NCBI GenBank assembly: GCA_038253225.1
Contig: JBBSHH010000004.1
Coordinates: 1-50,272 of the forward strand
Source of the DNA: Mycobacteriales bacterium
Lineage (GTDB): Bacteria > Actinomycetota > Actinomycetes > JALYNC01
Length of the DNA: 50,272 nucleotides
Reading direction: 5' to 3'
The notes below the pieces were generated by a model. That model did no database searches. It saw only the letters and a list, made by a program, of their open reading frames with translations, and was not told the origin of the DNA. A program made the translations under genes and the position numbers. Positions 37,084 through 46,103 of this stretch are shown here, in pieces (positions within the stretch are counted from its first letter, which is position 1; each line of letters starts with the position of its first letter).

Positions 37084-38358
37084 GTGAGCCGGGGCCAGCT
37101 TCGCCCGACCGGTCGCCCGACCGGACCGCCGGGCGACGACACCGGCTGCTACGTGCTGCATGTCGACATGGACGCCTTCTACGCCAGCGTCGAGCTGCGG
37201 TCCCGTCCGGAGCTGCGCGGCCGGCCGGTGATCGTGGGCGGGAGCGGGACCCGGGGCGTGGTGCTCTCGGCGACGTACGAGGCGCGGGCCTTCGGGGTCC
37301 ACAGCGCGATGCCGATGATGCGGGCGCGGCGGATGTGCCCGACTGCCATCGTGCTGCCGCCCCAGTTCGACCGCTACCAGCAGGCCTCGGCGGGCGTCAT
37401 GGAGGTGTTCCGGTCGGTGACGCCGCTGGTCGAACCGATCGCGCTCGACGAGGCGTTCCTCGATGTGCGTGGCGCCCGGCGGCGGCTGGGCGGTCCGGCG
37501 CAGATCGGGGAGTGGGTCCGGGCCCGCATCGCCGACGAGCAGGAGATCACCTGCTCGGTCGGGGTGGCGGCGACGAAGTTCGTCGCGAAGCTGGCGAGCA
37601 CCCGGTGCAAGCCGGACGGCCTGCTGGTCGTCCCGCGCACCGGCGTGGTGGCCTTCTTGCACCCGCTGCCCGTCGGCGCGCTCTGGGGAGTCGGTGAACG
37701 TACCGAGGAGTCGCTGGTCCGGCTCGGGCTGCGGACCGTCGGGGACATCGCGCATACGCCGCTGCGAACCCTGCAGCGGGTGGTCGGGCCGGCCGTCGGG
37801 GAGCACCTCTACGGGTTGGCCTGGGGTCGGGACGAGCGGCGGGTCGTGCCGCACGAACCGGAGAAGAGCATCGGTGCGGAGGAGACGTTCGGCCGCGACG
37901 TCGACGACCCGGCCGTGATCCACCGCGAGCTGCTGCGGCTCAGCGAACGGACGGCCGCGCGGCTGCGGGCGGCCGGGCAGGTCGGCCGCACGGTCAGCAT
38001 CAAGGTCCGGTTCGCCGATTTCACCACGATCACCCGGGCCCGCAGCCTCACCGACGCGACCGACGTCGGTCGCGAGATCTACACGGTCGCGCGATCCCTG
38101 TTCGACGCCCTCGGTCTGCAGCGGGCCCGGCTCCGACTGGTCGGCGTCCGGGTGGAGGGGCTGCGACCGGTGGCCACCACCCCCCGCCAGCTGCTGCTCG
38201 ACGAGCGGCCGCAGGGCTGGCGGGAGGCCGAGCTGGCGGTCGACCGAGCCAGCCGGCGCTTCGGCGCGGGGACGGTCCGACCCGCCGCCCTGGTGCGGTT
38301 CGACGACGACGACGACGCCGCCCCGCCGATGCCCCCCGGACCGCTGCGTCCCGACTGA
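37084..38358 (+). CDS. dinB: DNA polymerase IV (Y-family)
   Basis: 424-aa ORF whose GTG lies 3 nt after the methyltransferase stop. DinB motifs are present (LHVDMDAFYASVE, SATYEARAFGVHSAMP, LDEAFLDV, SVGVAATKFVAKLAS). Confidence 0.9.
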   Translation: MSRGQLRPTGRPTGPPGDDTGCYVLHVDMDAFYASVELRSRPELRGRPVIVGGSGTRGVVLSATYEARAFGVHSAMPMMRARRMCPTAIVLPPQFDRYQQASAGVMEVFRSVTPLVEPIALDEAFLDVRGARRRLGGPAQIGEWVRARIADEQEITCSVGVAATKFVAKLASTRCKPDGLLVVPRTGVVAFLHPLPVGALWGVGERTEESLVRLGLRTVGDIAHTPLRTLQRVVGPAVGEHLYGLAWGRDERRVVPHEPEKSIGAEETFGRDVDDPAVIHRELLRLSERTAARLRAAGQVGRTVSIKVRFADFTTITRARSLTDATDVGREIYTVARSLFDALGLQRARLRLVGVRVEGLRPVATTPRQLLLDERPQGWREAELAVDRASRRFGAGTVRPAALVRFDDDDDAAPPMPPGPLRPD

Positions 38359-38617
38359 TCGTCACGAGGACCCGGCCACGCCCGCTCGCCGACCACGCCC
38401 ACCCTCGCCCGCCCTCGCGCATCGGCCTCGGTGCCTCCGCAGGTTCGCTTTCGGCCCGGTCGGGGAAAGTCGAAACCACCCAGAACCCAGTCCGCCTTTC
38501 GCACTCGCCCGACCCCTCGTATCCTCGAAGGCCTACAACCGTTCGTCGTGGCCCGGCGAATGGGTGTGGTCCGCGTCCGGTCGGAGTGCGGAGGGACCGT
38601 CCCTCGGGAGGAGCGTC

Positions 38618-39007
38618 GTGCCGCTCTCTGAGCACGAGCAGCGCCTGCTCGATCAGATCGAGCGCGCCCTCTACGCCGAGGACCCCAAGTTCGCCACCTC
38701 CGTGCGGGCAACCGACCTTCGCAGCCACTACCGGCGGCGGATCGTCCGCTCGGTCGTGCTGTTCGTGCTGGGTTTCGCCCTGCTCTTCGTCGGCGTGATC
38801 AGCAAGATCGCGCCGGTCGGTGTCGGCGGTTTCCTGGTCATGCTGTTCGCCCTGTTCTGGGGCCTCACCAGCTGGCAGCGGTTGGCGGGGAACAAGGACG
38901 CGCGCACCCCCCGACGCCGGGCCCCGGCCGTCAAGACGCCGCGGGCGTCGGTGATGTCGCGGTTGGAGGAGCGGTGGCGACGTCGCTGGGAGGAACGCGG
39001 CCGCTAG
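38618..39007 (+). CDS. DUF3040 domain membrane protein (Rv2169c-like)
   Basis: I took the GTG at 38618, with GGGAGGAG 5 nt upstream. The typical N-terminus PLSEHEQRLLDQIERALYAEDPKFA is followed by two TM helices. Confidence 0.8.
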   Translation: MPLSEHEQRLLDQIERALYAEDPKFATSVRATDLRSHYRRRIVRSVVLFVLGFALLFVGVISKIAPVGVGGFLVMLFALFWGLTSWQRLAGNKDARTPRRRAPAVKTPRASVMSRLEERWRRRWEERGR

Positions 39008-39018
39008 TCGCCGCCCGC

Positions 39019-39100
39019 TCCTGCTGGTAGCACCGGCTTGCTGGTAGCACCGCTTGCTGGCGGCACCGCTTCCCGGCAGCACCGCTTCCGGGCAGCACCG
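39019..39100. repeat. Degenerate 16-bp tandem repeat, about 5 units (CTTGCTGGTAGCACCG-like)
   Basis: The units are CTTGCTGGTAGCACCG, CTTGCTGGCGGCACCG, CTTCCCGGCAGCACCG and CTTCCGGGCAGCACCG, preceded by a partial unit. The array lies in the convergent intergenic region between the DUF3040 and transglutaminase genes. Confidence 0.7.
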
Positions 39101-39138
39101 CTCGGCTCTGGCGTCAGCCCGCCTGGCCCGGCGGACCC

Positions 39139-41580
39139 TCAGCCGACCGGCCGGCTGCGCAGCACCAGTGACCGCAGCCGGGCACCCGTGCGGTCCACCG
39201 CGTCCAGTACGTCGGCGAGCCCGGCGGCGACGACGCGGACCCGGGTCAGCGCGGAGCTCGGGAACAGCCGCGCCCGCCAGCGCCGCCGCCGGCCGGCGGC
39301 CGCGGCGAGCGCCGCCCGGACGGCAGCGACGGCCTTCGCAAGCTCGTCAAGGACCGCGTCATCGAGCGGGAGCCCGCCGTCGGAGCGGGCATAGCGGGCC
39401 CGCTCCTCAAGGGCGACGAGCCTCCCGACCGCGGTCGCCGCCGGCCCCGTCAGCCCGGCCGCACCGACCAGGGCCGCGCCGGCCCGCCGGGGCGACGCGG
39501 CGCGCGACCAGCCGCGGCCGAAGTCCCGGGCGTCGTCACGCAGCTCGGACCAGGCCGCGTGCGCCGCCGCCGCCGGCGTCCGAGCGGTCGCCCACCGCCG
39601 CCGCCGAACGATCCGACGGCCGGTGCTCGGTGCCGCCAGCAGCAGGGCGAGAACCATCAGGCCAGCGAGGAGCCAGCCCAGCCGAGACGAGCGGTTCTTG
39701 CCGATGTTGGCGTCCAACGCCGGGCCGGTGGGGCGCACGCAGATGCGTTCGACGGTGTACTTCCGGCTCGGGCACTCGTCGATGGTGTCCCGCTGGGTAA
39801 GCGCGTCGAGCTTGTTGTTGCGGCTGGCGGCACCGGCCGCGCCGCTGCCGTTCGCCGCCCCTGGGTCGCTGACCGTCCCGGTCGGGCCGACGACGCTATA
39901 GGTCGGGGTGACCGCGCGCCCCTGGCCGCCGAGCGGCGTCGGCTCGAAGGGCAGCCAGCCGGCGCCGGCGAAGTACAGCTCCGGCCATGCGTGCGCGTCC
40001 GCCGTGGTCACCGACCAGCTTCCGTCCTTGCGCCTCTCGCCGCGGGTGAAGCCGATCGAGACCCGGGCCGGAATGCCCTCGATCCGCGCGAAGATCGCCA
40101 TCGCGGCGGCGAACTGCTCGCAGTACCCGCGCTTGAACTGGATGAAGTTGTCGAGGTCCCGGTTGGAGTTGCCGCGGGGGACGCTGACGTCGTAGCTGAA
40201 GGAGGTGCGGAAGTAGTTCTGGATCGCCACCGCCTTGTCGTAGGCGGTCGGCTTGTTTCGCGTGATGGTGTCGACCAGGGTCTGCACGCTCTCGGAGATG
40301 TTCGTGGGCAGCTCGACGAACGGGCTCAGCGACTCGTCCGGCACCGCTGCCTGCCGCAGCATCTCCGGGTCCGGCGCCACCTTGCGGCTGAACACGGTGA
40401 TCTTGAGCTTCCGGGTGCTGGCCCGGCTGGAGAAGATGGTCTGGGTGGCGGCGTCGTACCGCCAGTCGCCCTTGGCCTTCGCGGTCGTCGGCGGGTACGG
40501 CGTCGGCAGCCAGTGGACGTCGAGGTTGTCGACCTTGATGGTCGTCCGGACCCGCGCGCTGGGGGTCAGCTTGTTGTCCAGGCCGGCCGGCGCCGGCATG
40601 CCGTCGGCGATCCGGGACCGCTTGCCGCCGGAGAGCGAGGACTCCGACCACGTCGTCCCGTTGTAGCGGTCCAGCGCCGCCATCCGGATGTAGCCGGGGT
40701 CGCGGTCGCTGGTCGTGACCCGCATCAGCTCCTTGGGCGTCCGGCGCTCGAGGTAGCCCTTGAGCGCCACGATCGGGTTGAAGGTCGTCACCGAGTTCGA
40801 GCCGTTGCCCGTGGGCAGGCCGCCGCCGGAGCCGCCGAAGACGCCGCCGGAGAGCCCCGGCACCAAGGCGGGGAGGAACAGCGCCACACCGACCGCGGCG
40901 GCGCCGATCCGTCGGCCGACGGCCGCCAGCGGAGAGGTCTCGGCGTGCTCCTCGGCGTCGGGAGTGACCGCCGTGACGGCTCGACCGAGCCCGAGCGGTC
41001 GTCCCCAGCGGCCCAGCCGGTCCCGGCCCTCGGCGAGCAGCAGCGCGAGGAAGCCCCCGGCGGAGAGCACGAACGGCAACCATCCGACGCCATTCGGCAC
41101 GACCGCCGACGGCACCGCGAACAGCGCGAGCAACGGCAGCCCGGCGAGCGCCGCCCGGCGCAGGGTGACGGCCAGCAGATCCACCAGCAGCGCGACCGCG
41201 GCCACGCCGGCGACTGTGATCAGCACCATCCCGGTGTTGGTCGGGACCGGAGCCGCGAGCAGCCGCATGTCGGAGAAGCCCTGCGACACCTCGGCCGAGA
41301 GGCTGCGCACCGCGGCCGCGTCGGGCAACACGCCGCCGATCGCCGTGTCCGAGGCGAACACCGCCGTGAGGTAGCCGAAGACCGTCACCACGGTCAGCAG
41401 CGGGGCCAGCAGGACCGGCACGGCGAAGCGGCGGCACAGCTCACCGATACCCGCCACCAGCAGCACCGCGCCGGCCACCGGCAGGACCCACGCCAGGGAG
41501 TCGTACGCCGCCCCCAGCGAGGAGGCGCCGAGCAGCGTGGCCAGCGCCGCGAACAGGCACAACCGGGTTCGGCTGGTCAT
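39139..41580 (-). CDS. Transglutaminase-domain membrane protein (TgpA/DUF3488-like)
   Basis: The ATG at 41580 overlaps the DUF58 stop (ATGA). An N-terminal multi-TM region is followed by a transglutaminase core (GYCEQFAAAMAIFARIEGIPARV ... ADAHAWPELYFAGAGWLPFEPT) and a C-terminal TM plus tail. Confidence 0.85.
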   Translation of the reverse strand: MTSRTRLCLFAALATLLGASSLGAAYDSLAWVLPVAGAVLLVAGIGELCRRFAVPVLLAPLLTVVTVFGYLTAVFASDTAIGGVLPDAAAVRSLSAEVSQGFSDMRLLAAPVPTNTGMVLITVAGVAAVALLVDLLAVTLRRAALAGLPLLALFAVPSAVVPNGVGWLPFVLSAGGFLALLLAEGRDRLGRWGRPLGLGRAVTAVTPDAEEHAETSPLAAVGRRIGAAAVGVALFLPALVPGLSGGVFGGSGGGLPTGNGSNSVTTFNPIVALKGYLERRTPKELMRVTTSDRDPGYIRMAALDRYNGTTWSESSLSGGKRSRIADGMPAPAGLDNKLTPSARVRTTIKVDNLDVHWLPTPYPPTTAKAKGDWRYDAATQTIFSSRASTRKLKITVFSRKVAPDPEMLRQAAVPDESLSPFVELPTNISESVQTLVDTITRNKPTAYDKAVAIQNYFRTSFSYDVSVPRGNSNRDLDNFIQFKRGYCEQFAAAMAIFARIEGIPARVSIGFTRGERRKDGSWSVTTADAHAWPELYFAGAGWLPFEPTPLGGQGRAVTPTYSVVGPTGTVSDPGAANGSGAAGAASRNNKLDALTQRDTIDECPSRKYTVERICVRPTGPALDANIGKNRSSRLGWLLAGLMVLALLLAAPSTGRRIVRRRRWATARTPAAAAHAAWSELRDDARDFGRGWSRAASPRRAGAALVGAAGLTGPAATAVGRLVALEERARYARSDGGLPLDDAVLDELAKAVAAVRAALAAAAGRRRRWRARLFPSSALTRVRVVAAGLADVLDAVDRTGARLRSLVLRSRPVG

Positions 41581-42872
41581 CGACCGCCTCCGGCGCTTAG
41601 CCGAACCGAGTCGAGGCCCCGGGTGGGGCTGGTCGCCGCGGCCTGCGGCCACACCGAGCCCAGCGTGCTGCCGTGTCGGGCCGTCAGGACCCGCCAGCCG
41701 GCGACCTGCAGCAGCCGGGCGTTCGCGGCGTAGCTCACCTCGGCCTCGGCCCGGGCCCGCGCACCGAGCGTGGCCCACGTCGAGGTGTCGAGCAGCACCG
41801 CGACACCGGAGTTGGCCCCGTGCCGGATCCGGGCGAGCAACTCGGTCTCGTCCGGGTGCAGCAGGCCGAGTACGGCGACGAGCAGACCCTCCCCGCCGGC
41901 GCGGCGGATACCGCCGATGGCGTTGCCCAGCGTGGCGCTTTCCGCCGGCCTGACCACGGCGAGCGAGTCGAGCAGGACCCCCTCGGCGGCCCCGCCGTTG
42001 GTCGCGGTCGGATGCTCGCCGGTCCCGGTGACGAGCCGCACCGCGTAGCCACCGCGGGCCAGGTGCACGCCGATCGACGCCGCGGCGCTCACCGCCCACT
42101 CGAACGACGAGCCGGGGCCGTCCCCGCGGTGGGCGCTCTCGCGAGTGTCGAGCAGCACCGCGGCGCGGCTCTGCCAGGGCTGCTCCTCCCGGCGCACCAT
42201 CAGCTCGCCGTAGCGGGCGGTGGAGCGCCAGTGCACCCGGCGCAGGTCGTCGCCCTGCCGGTACTCGCGGGTGGCGGCGTCGTCCTCGCCGGCACTGGCG
42301 ACCGAGCGGGCACGGCTATCGCCGCCGCCGGCCCAGTCCCCACCGAGCCGCACCGACGGCAGCGGCGTGACCTGCGGGGTCACCACGAGGGTGTCCACCG
42401 CGCTGAACGAGCGGGTCAGCTCGACCAGCCCGAACGGGTCGGTCAGCCGCACCGCGAGCGGGCCGATCCGGTACCGGCCGCGCAGGTCCGACCGGACCGG
42501 GTAGGACACCTCCCGGACCCCGCGCGGCTCCACCCGGTCCAGGACGAACCGCGGTCGACCGCCCAGTACGTAGGGCAGCGTGTCCTCGACCAGCAGCACC
42601 CCGGTCGGCAGCCGGGAGACGTTGTCCAGCCGCAGCACCACGGTCGACGCCCGTCCGGCCGGCACCCGGGCCGGGTCCATCCGGCGGGTGCAGGCCAGCC
42701 GGTAGCGGGTGCGGGAGACGACCGCGAGCGCGACCGCGGGCAGCGCCAGCAGGAACACCCCGACCCGCAGCAGGTCGCGCTGCCCCAGCACGAACGCGCA
42801 GACGGTCGCCGCCGCCCCGGCGGAGAGGAAGCAGCGACCTCGCACGGTCACCCCGGCCAGGGCTTCGCGCAC
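41577..42872 (-). CDS. DUF58 domain protein
   Basis: I took the GTG at 42872, 2 nt after the MoxR stop. Two N-terminal TM helices are followed by the DUF58 signature (TREYRQGDDLRRVHWRSTARYGELMVRREEQP). Confidence 0.85.
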   Translation of the reverse strand: MREALAGVTVRGRCFLSAGAAATVCAFVLGQRDLLRVGVFLLALPAVALAVVSRTRYRLACTRRMDPARVPAGRASTVVLRLDNVSRLPTGVLLVEDTLPYVLGGRPRFVLDRVEPRGVREVSYPVRSDLRGRYRIGPLAVRLTDPFGLVELTRSFSAVDTLVVTPQVTPLPSVRLGGDWAGGGDSRARSVASAGEDDAATREYRQGDDLRRVHWRSTARYGELMVRREEQPWQSRAAVLLDTRESAHRGDGPGSSFEWAVSAAASIGVHLARGGYAVRLVTGTGEHPTATNGGAAEGVLLDSLAVVRPAESATLGNAIGGIRRAGGEGLLVAVLGLLHPDETELLARIRHGANSGVAVLLDTSTWATLGARARAEAEVSYAANARLLQVAGWRVLTARHGSTLGSVWPQAAATSPTRGLDSVRLSAGGGR

Positions 42873-42874
42873 GG

Positions 42875-43894
42875 CTAGCGCCGCCGATCGGGGTCGGGAA
42901 CCGGCACCCGGGCCACCAGGTCGGCGACGACCGCCTCCGGCGTACGCCGCGCGATCTGGGCCTCGGCGGTTGGCAGCAGCCGGTGGGCGAGGACCGGTCC
43001 GACCAGCGTCTGGATGTCGTCCGGCAGCACGTAGTCGCGGTTGTCCAGCGCGGCCGCGGCCCGGGCGGCCCGCAACAGGTGCAGGCTGGCTCGCGGCGAC
43101 GCGCCGAGCCGCAGGTCCGGCGAGAGCCGGGTGGCGGTCACCAGGTCGATCACGTAGCGCCGCAGCGGCTCGGCGACGTAGACGGTCCGGACCAGCTCGG
43201 TGAGCTTGGCCACCTCCCGGGCGTCGGCGACCGGCTCCAGCTCGTCGAGCGGGGACGTGGCGCCGTGCGAGTCGAGCATCGCGAGCTCGGCGACCGCCGC
43301 CGGGTAGCCCATCGAGATGCGGGCGGTGAAACGGTCCCGCTGCGCCTCCGGAAGGGGATAGGTGCCCTCCATCTCGATCGGGTTCTGGGTGGCGATCACC
43401 ATGAACGGCGGCTCGAGCTCGTAGGTCACCCCGTCGACGGTGACCTGGCGCTCCTCCATGCACTCCAGCAGCGCCGACTGCGTCTTCGGCGACGCCCGGT
43501 TGATCTCGTCACCGACCAGGATGTTGGCGAAGACCGCGCCGGGCTTGAACTCGAAGTCGCGCGTCTCCTGGTTGTAGACGCTCACGCCGGTGACGTCGCT
43601 CGGCAGCAGGTCGGGGGTGAACTGGATCCGGCGCACGCTCGCGTCGATGGATCGGGCGAGGGCCTTAGCGAGCATGGTCTTGCCGACTCCGGGGACGTCC
43701 TCGATCAGCAGGTGACCCTCGGCCAGCAGCACGGTCAGGGCCAGCCGGACGACGTCCGCCTTGCCCTCGATGACCCGCTCCACGGCGGTCGCGATCCGAC
43801 CGGCGGTGGCGGCGAGCTCGGCCAGCCCGACGCTGGCCGGATCCGACGGCGCCGCTGTCATCGACGTACCCGACATCGATGCCGCAGCCGCCAC
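42875..43894 (-). CDS. MoxR-family AAA+ ATPase
   Basis: 339-aa ORF with Walker A (DVPGVGKTMLAKALA), Walker B (LVGDEINRASPKTQSALLE) and the MoxR C-terminal lid. Confidence 0.9.
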   Translation of the reverse strand: MAAAASMSGTSMTAAPSDPASVGLAELAATAGRIATAVERVIEGKADVVRLALTVLLAEGHLLIEDVPGVGKTMLAKALARSIDASVRRIQFTPDLLPSDVTGVSVYNQETRDFEFKPGAVFANILVGDEINRASPKTQSALLECMEERQVTVDGVTYELEPPFMVIATQNPIEMEGTYPLPEAQRDRFTARISMGYPAAVAELAMLDSHGATSPLDELEPVADAREVAKLTELVRTVYVAEPLRRYVIDLVTATRLSPDLRLGASPRASLHLLRAARAAAALDNRDYVLPDDIQTLVGPVLAHRLLPTAEAQIARRTPEAVVADLVARVPVPDPDRRR

Positions 43895-44126
43895 CGGACC
43901 TCCTACCGCGCAACCGGCCCAGCGGCCGCTGACCCGTCCGGGCCAGTGTGACAGGTGCCGGCGGGCTGGTCAGTGCCTGCGACCAACCCGTAACCGTTAC
44001 CTCCCGTTGACCGTGCGGCGCCCCGCGCCCCGCGGCATCCTCGCGTCCCGGCCGGTCCGGGGACACCGGTTGGCGGTAGGGCGCGCCCCGCAGGCGGCGC
44101 GGCGCTGGGACATCCGGCTGTTGTAT

Positions 44127-44172
44127 GTGGGGCAAAGTGGAGTACAGTGGTGCCAGGTGGAGGACGGAGTGG
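44127..44172 (+). promoter_or_regulatory. Candidate MraZ operator: GTGG repeats with 10-bp phasing
   Basis: GTGGGgcaaaGTGGAgtacaGTGGTgccagGTGGAggacggaGTGG. Four repeats are spaced exactly 10 bp apart, with a fifth at 12 bp. The array overlaps a possible promoter (TTGTAT at 44121-44126, 16-nt spacer, TACAGT at 44143-44148) and ends 44 nt before the mraZ start. Confidence 0.6.
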
Positions 44173-44215
44173 CACGCCGGCCGTTCATCGAGAACCGAGG
44201 AGAGGCGGCGGGTCG

Positions 44216-44647
44216 GTGTTCTTGGGCACCCACACCCCCCGGCTCGACGACAAGGGCCGGCTGTTCCTGCCGGCGAAGTTCCGGGACCAGCTGGCGGAGG
44301 GCCTTGTGATCACCAAGGGGCAGGACCATTGCCTGTACCTCTGGGCCCTGCCGGAGTTCGAACGGCTGGCCGAGGCGGTGCGGACCGCCCCGGTGACCGC
44401 CAAGGCGGTGCGCGACTACAGCCGCATCTTCTTCGCGTCCGCCTCCGACGAAGTCCCGGACCGGCAGGGCCGGATCACGGTGCCCGCGGCGCTGCGGGAG
44501 TACGCCGGGCTGGGGCGCGACTGTGTGGTGACCGGCGCCGGCAACCGGGTGGAGATCTGGGACGCCGACTCATGGGCGAGCTACAGCAGCGAGCAGGAGC
44601 CCGCATTCGCCGACCTCGCCTCGGAGGTGTTGCCGGGAGTGTTCTGA
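44216..44647 (+). CDS. mraZ: Transcriptional regulator MraZ
   Basis: 143 codons from the GTG at 44216, with GAGGAGAGG upstream. The classic N-terminus [22 protein letters not shown] and the second SpoVT-AbrB repeat ([20 protein letters not shown]) are present. Confidence 0.9.
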   Translation: MFLGTHTPRLDDKGRLFLPAKFRDQLAEGLVITKGQDHCLYLWALPEFERLAEAVRTAPVTAKAVRDYSRIFFASASDEVPDRQGRITVPAALREYAGLGRDCVVTGAGNRVEIWDADSWASYSSEQEPAFADLASEVLPGVF

Positions 44648-44907
44648 CCGGCCCCTCCAGGCCGATCCCGCGCCGATACGTCGAGCGAGGTCTCCGACCG
44701 CTCCGACACGCACCTGACGCACCTTCCCCGGCGCCAGGTGCGGAGCGGGCGGGGACCTGGCCCGACGTCTCCGGACCCCTCGCCGCCATGCCGCCGAGCG
44801 TCCATCCGGGACACCACCCGCCCGGGAGCGGGGACCGCACCCCTGCCCGCGGGCCTCGCACTGCTGGAGGGCACCGCCGATTCCGCACCACCGTCCAGGG
44901 GGTCGAG

Positions 44908-45153
44908 ATGGACAGCAGTGCCGGGCCGGCCGGGAGCATGCCGGCCGGGAGCATGCCGGCCGGGAGCATGCCGGCCGGGAGCATGCCGCCCGGGAGCATG
45001 CCGCCCGGGAGCATGCCGATCGACGCCGTGACCGGCTACCCGTCGTTGACCGCCGAGCTCCGCGGCACCGCGCTGCTGTTCGGGCTGGCGCTGCTGGTCA
45101 CCGTCGGGGCCGCCACCGGCGCCACCATCCTCGTCCGGGCGCTCGGAGGATGA
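44908..45153 (+). CDS. Small single-pass membrane protein with (P-A/P-G-S-M)x6 repeat
   Basis: 81 codons with GGGGG 6 nt upstream of the ATG and very high GC3. The N-terminal pentapeptide repeat is followed by one TM helix ([22 protein letters not shown]). The stop overlaps the rsmH start (ATGA). No homolog is known to me, and the start is uncertain because the frame is open upstream. Confidence 0.5.
   Translation: MDSSAGPAGSMPAGSMPAGSMPAGSMPPGSMPPGSMPIDAVTGYPSLTAELRGTALLFGLALLVTVGAATGATILVRALGG
44926..45015 (+). repeat. 15-bp perfect tandem repeat, 6 units (4x CCGGCCGGGAGCATG + 2x CCGCCCGGGAGCATG)
   Basis: Read directly from the sequence. The repeat is in frame within the small ORF and encodes PAGSM x4 and PPGSM x2. 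Confidence 0.9.
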
Positions 45154-46103
45154 CCGTCCCGGTGCACGTCCCGGTGCTGCTCGACCGCGTAATCGAGCTG
45201 TTCGCGCCGGCGGTCAGCGGCGCCGATCCGGTGATCGTCGACGCCACCGTCGGCCTCGGTGGCCACGCGGCCGCGCTGCTGGCCGACCATCCCCGACTGC
45301 GGCTGGTCGGGATCGACCGCGACCCGCAGGCCCTCGCGGCCAGCGCCGGGCGGCTGGCCGCCTACGCCGGCCGGGTGGAGCTGGTCCCCGCCGTCTACGA
45401 CCAGCTGCCCACCGTGCTGCGGCGGCTCGGAATCCCGGCGGTCGCCGGAGTTTTGCTCGACCTCGGTGTGTCATCGCTGCAGTTGGACGCCGCTGGGAGA
45501 GGGTTCAGCTATGCCCAGGACGCGCCGCTGGACATGCGTATGGACCCCTCGTCCGGCCAGACGGCGGCGGACATCCTGAACACCTACACCGCTCCGGAGC
45601 TGGTCCGCGTGCTACGGGAGTACGGCGAGGAGCGCTTCGCCCGCCGCATCGCCGCCGCCATCGTCCGCCAGCGGCAGCGCTCGCCGTGGCGGTCCAGCGC
45701 CGCCCTGGCCGAACTGGTCCGCGACTCGATCCCGGCGGCCACCAGACGCACCGGGGGCCATCCGGCCAAACGCACGTTCCAGGCGCTGCGCATCGAGGTC
45801 AACGGGGAGCTGCGCGCGTTGGAGCGGGTGCTGCCGGCGGCCATCGCCGCGCTCCAGGTGGGCGGGCGCATCGTGGTGCTCTCCTACCACTCGCTCGAAG
45901 ACCGCATCGCCAAGCGGGCACTCGTCGCCGCCGCCACCGGCAGCACCCCCGAACGGCTGCCGGTCGAGCTGCCCGGCACGGAGCCGCGGCTACGACTGCT
46001 CACCCGCGGTGCAGAGACTGCGACCCCGGCGGAGGTCGCGGCCAACCCGCGAGCCACCTCCGCGCGGTTGCGCGCGGCCGAGCGGATCCGGCCCGCCGCA
46101 TGA
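45150..46103 (+). CDS. rsmH: 16S rRNA (cytosine1402-N4)-methyltransferase
   Basis: 317-aa ORF with RsmH/MraW motifs ([53 protein letters not shown]). Confidence 0.95.
   Translation: MTVPVHVPVLLDRVIELFAPAVSGADPVIVDATVGLGGHAAALLADHPRLRLVGIDRDPQALAASAGRLAAYAGRVELVPAVYDQLPTVLRRLGIPAVAGVLLDLGVSSLQLDAAGRGFSYAQDAPLDMRMDPSSGQTAADILNTYTAPELVRVLREYGEERFARRIAAAIVRQRQRSPWRSSAALAELVRDSIPAATRRTGGHPAKRTFQALRIEVNGELRALERVLPAAIAALQVGGRIVVLSYHSLEDRIAKRALVAAATGSTPERLPVELPGTEPRLRLLTRGAETATPAEVAANPRATSARLRAAERIRPAA

Noticed and set aside
38359-38617. Search for a second LexA box or other operator upstream of DUF3040 and dinB (e.g. CGAAGGCCTACAACCGTTCG).
   Set aside because: The half-sites do not fit GAAC-N4-GTTC spacing. 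No convincing palindrome was found.
44926-45015. Whether the 15-bp repeats here and the 16-bp repeats at 39019-39100 could be CRISPR arrays.
   Set aside because: The units are directly abutting with no spacers and are far shorter than CRISPR repeats. No cas genes are present.
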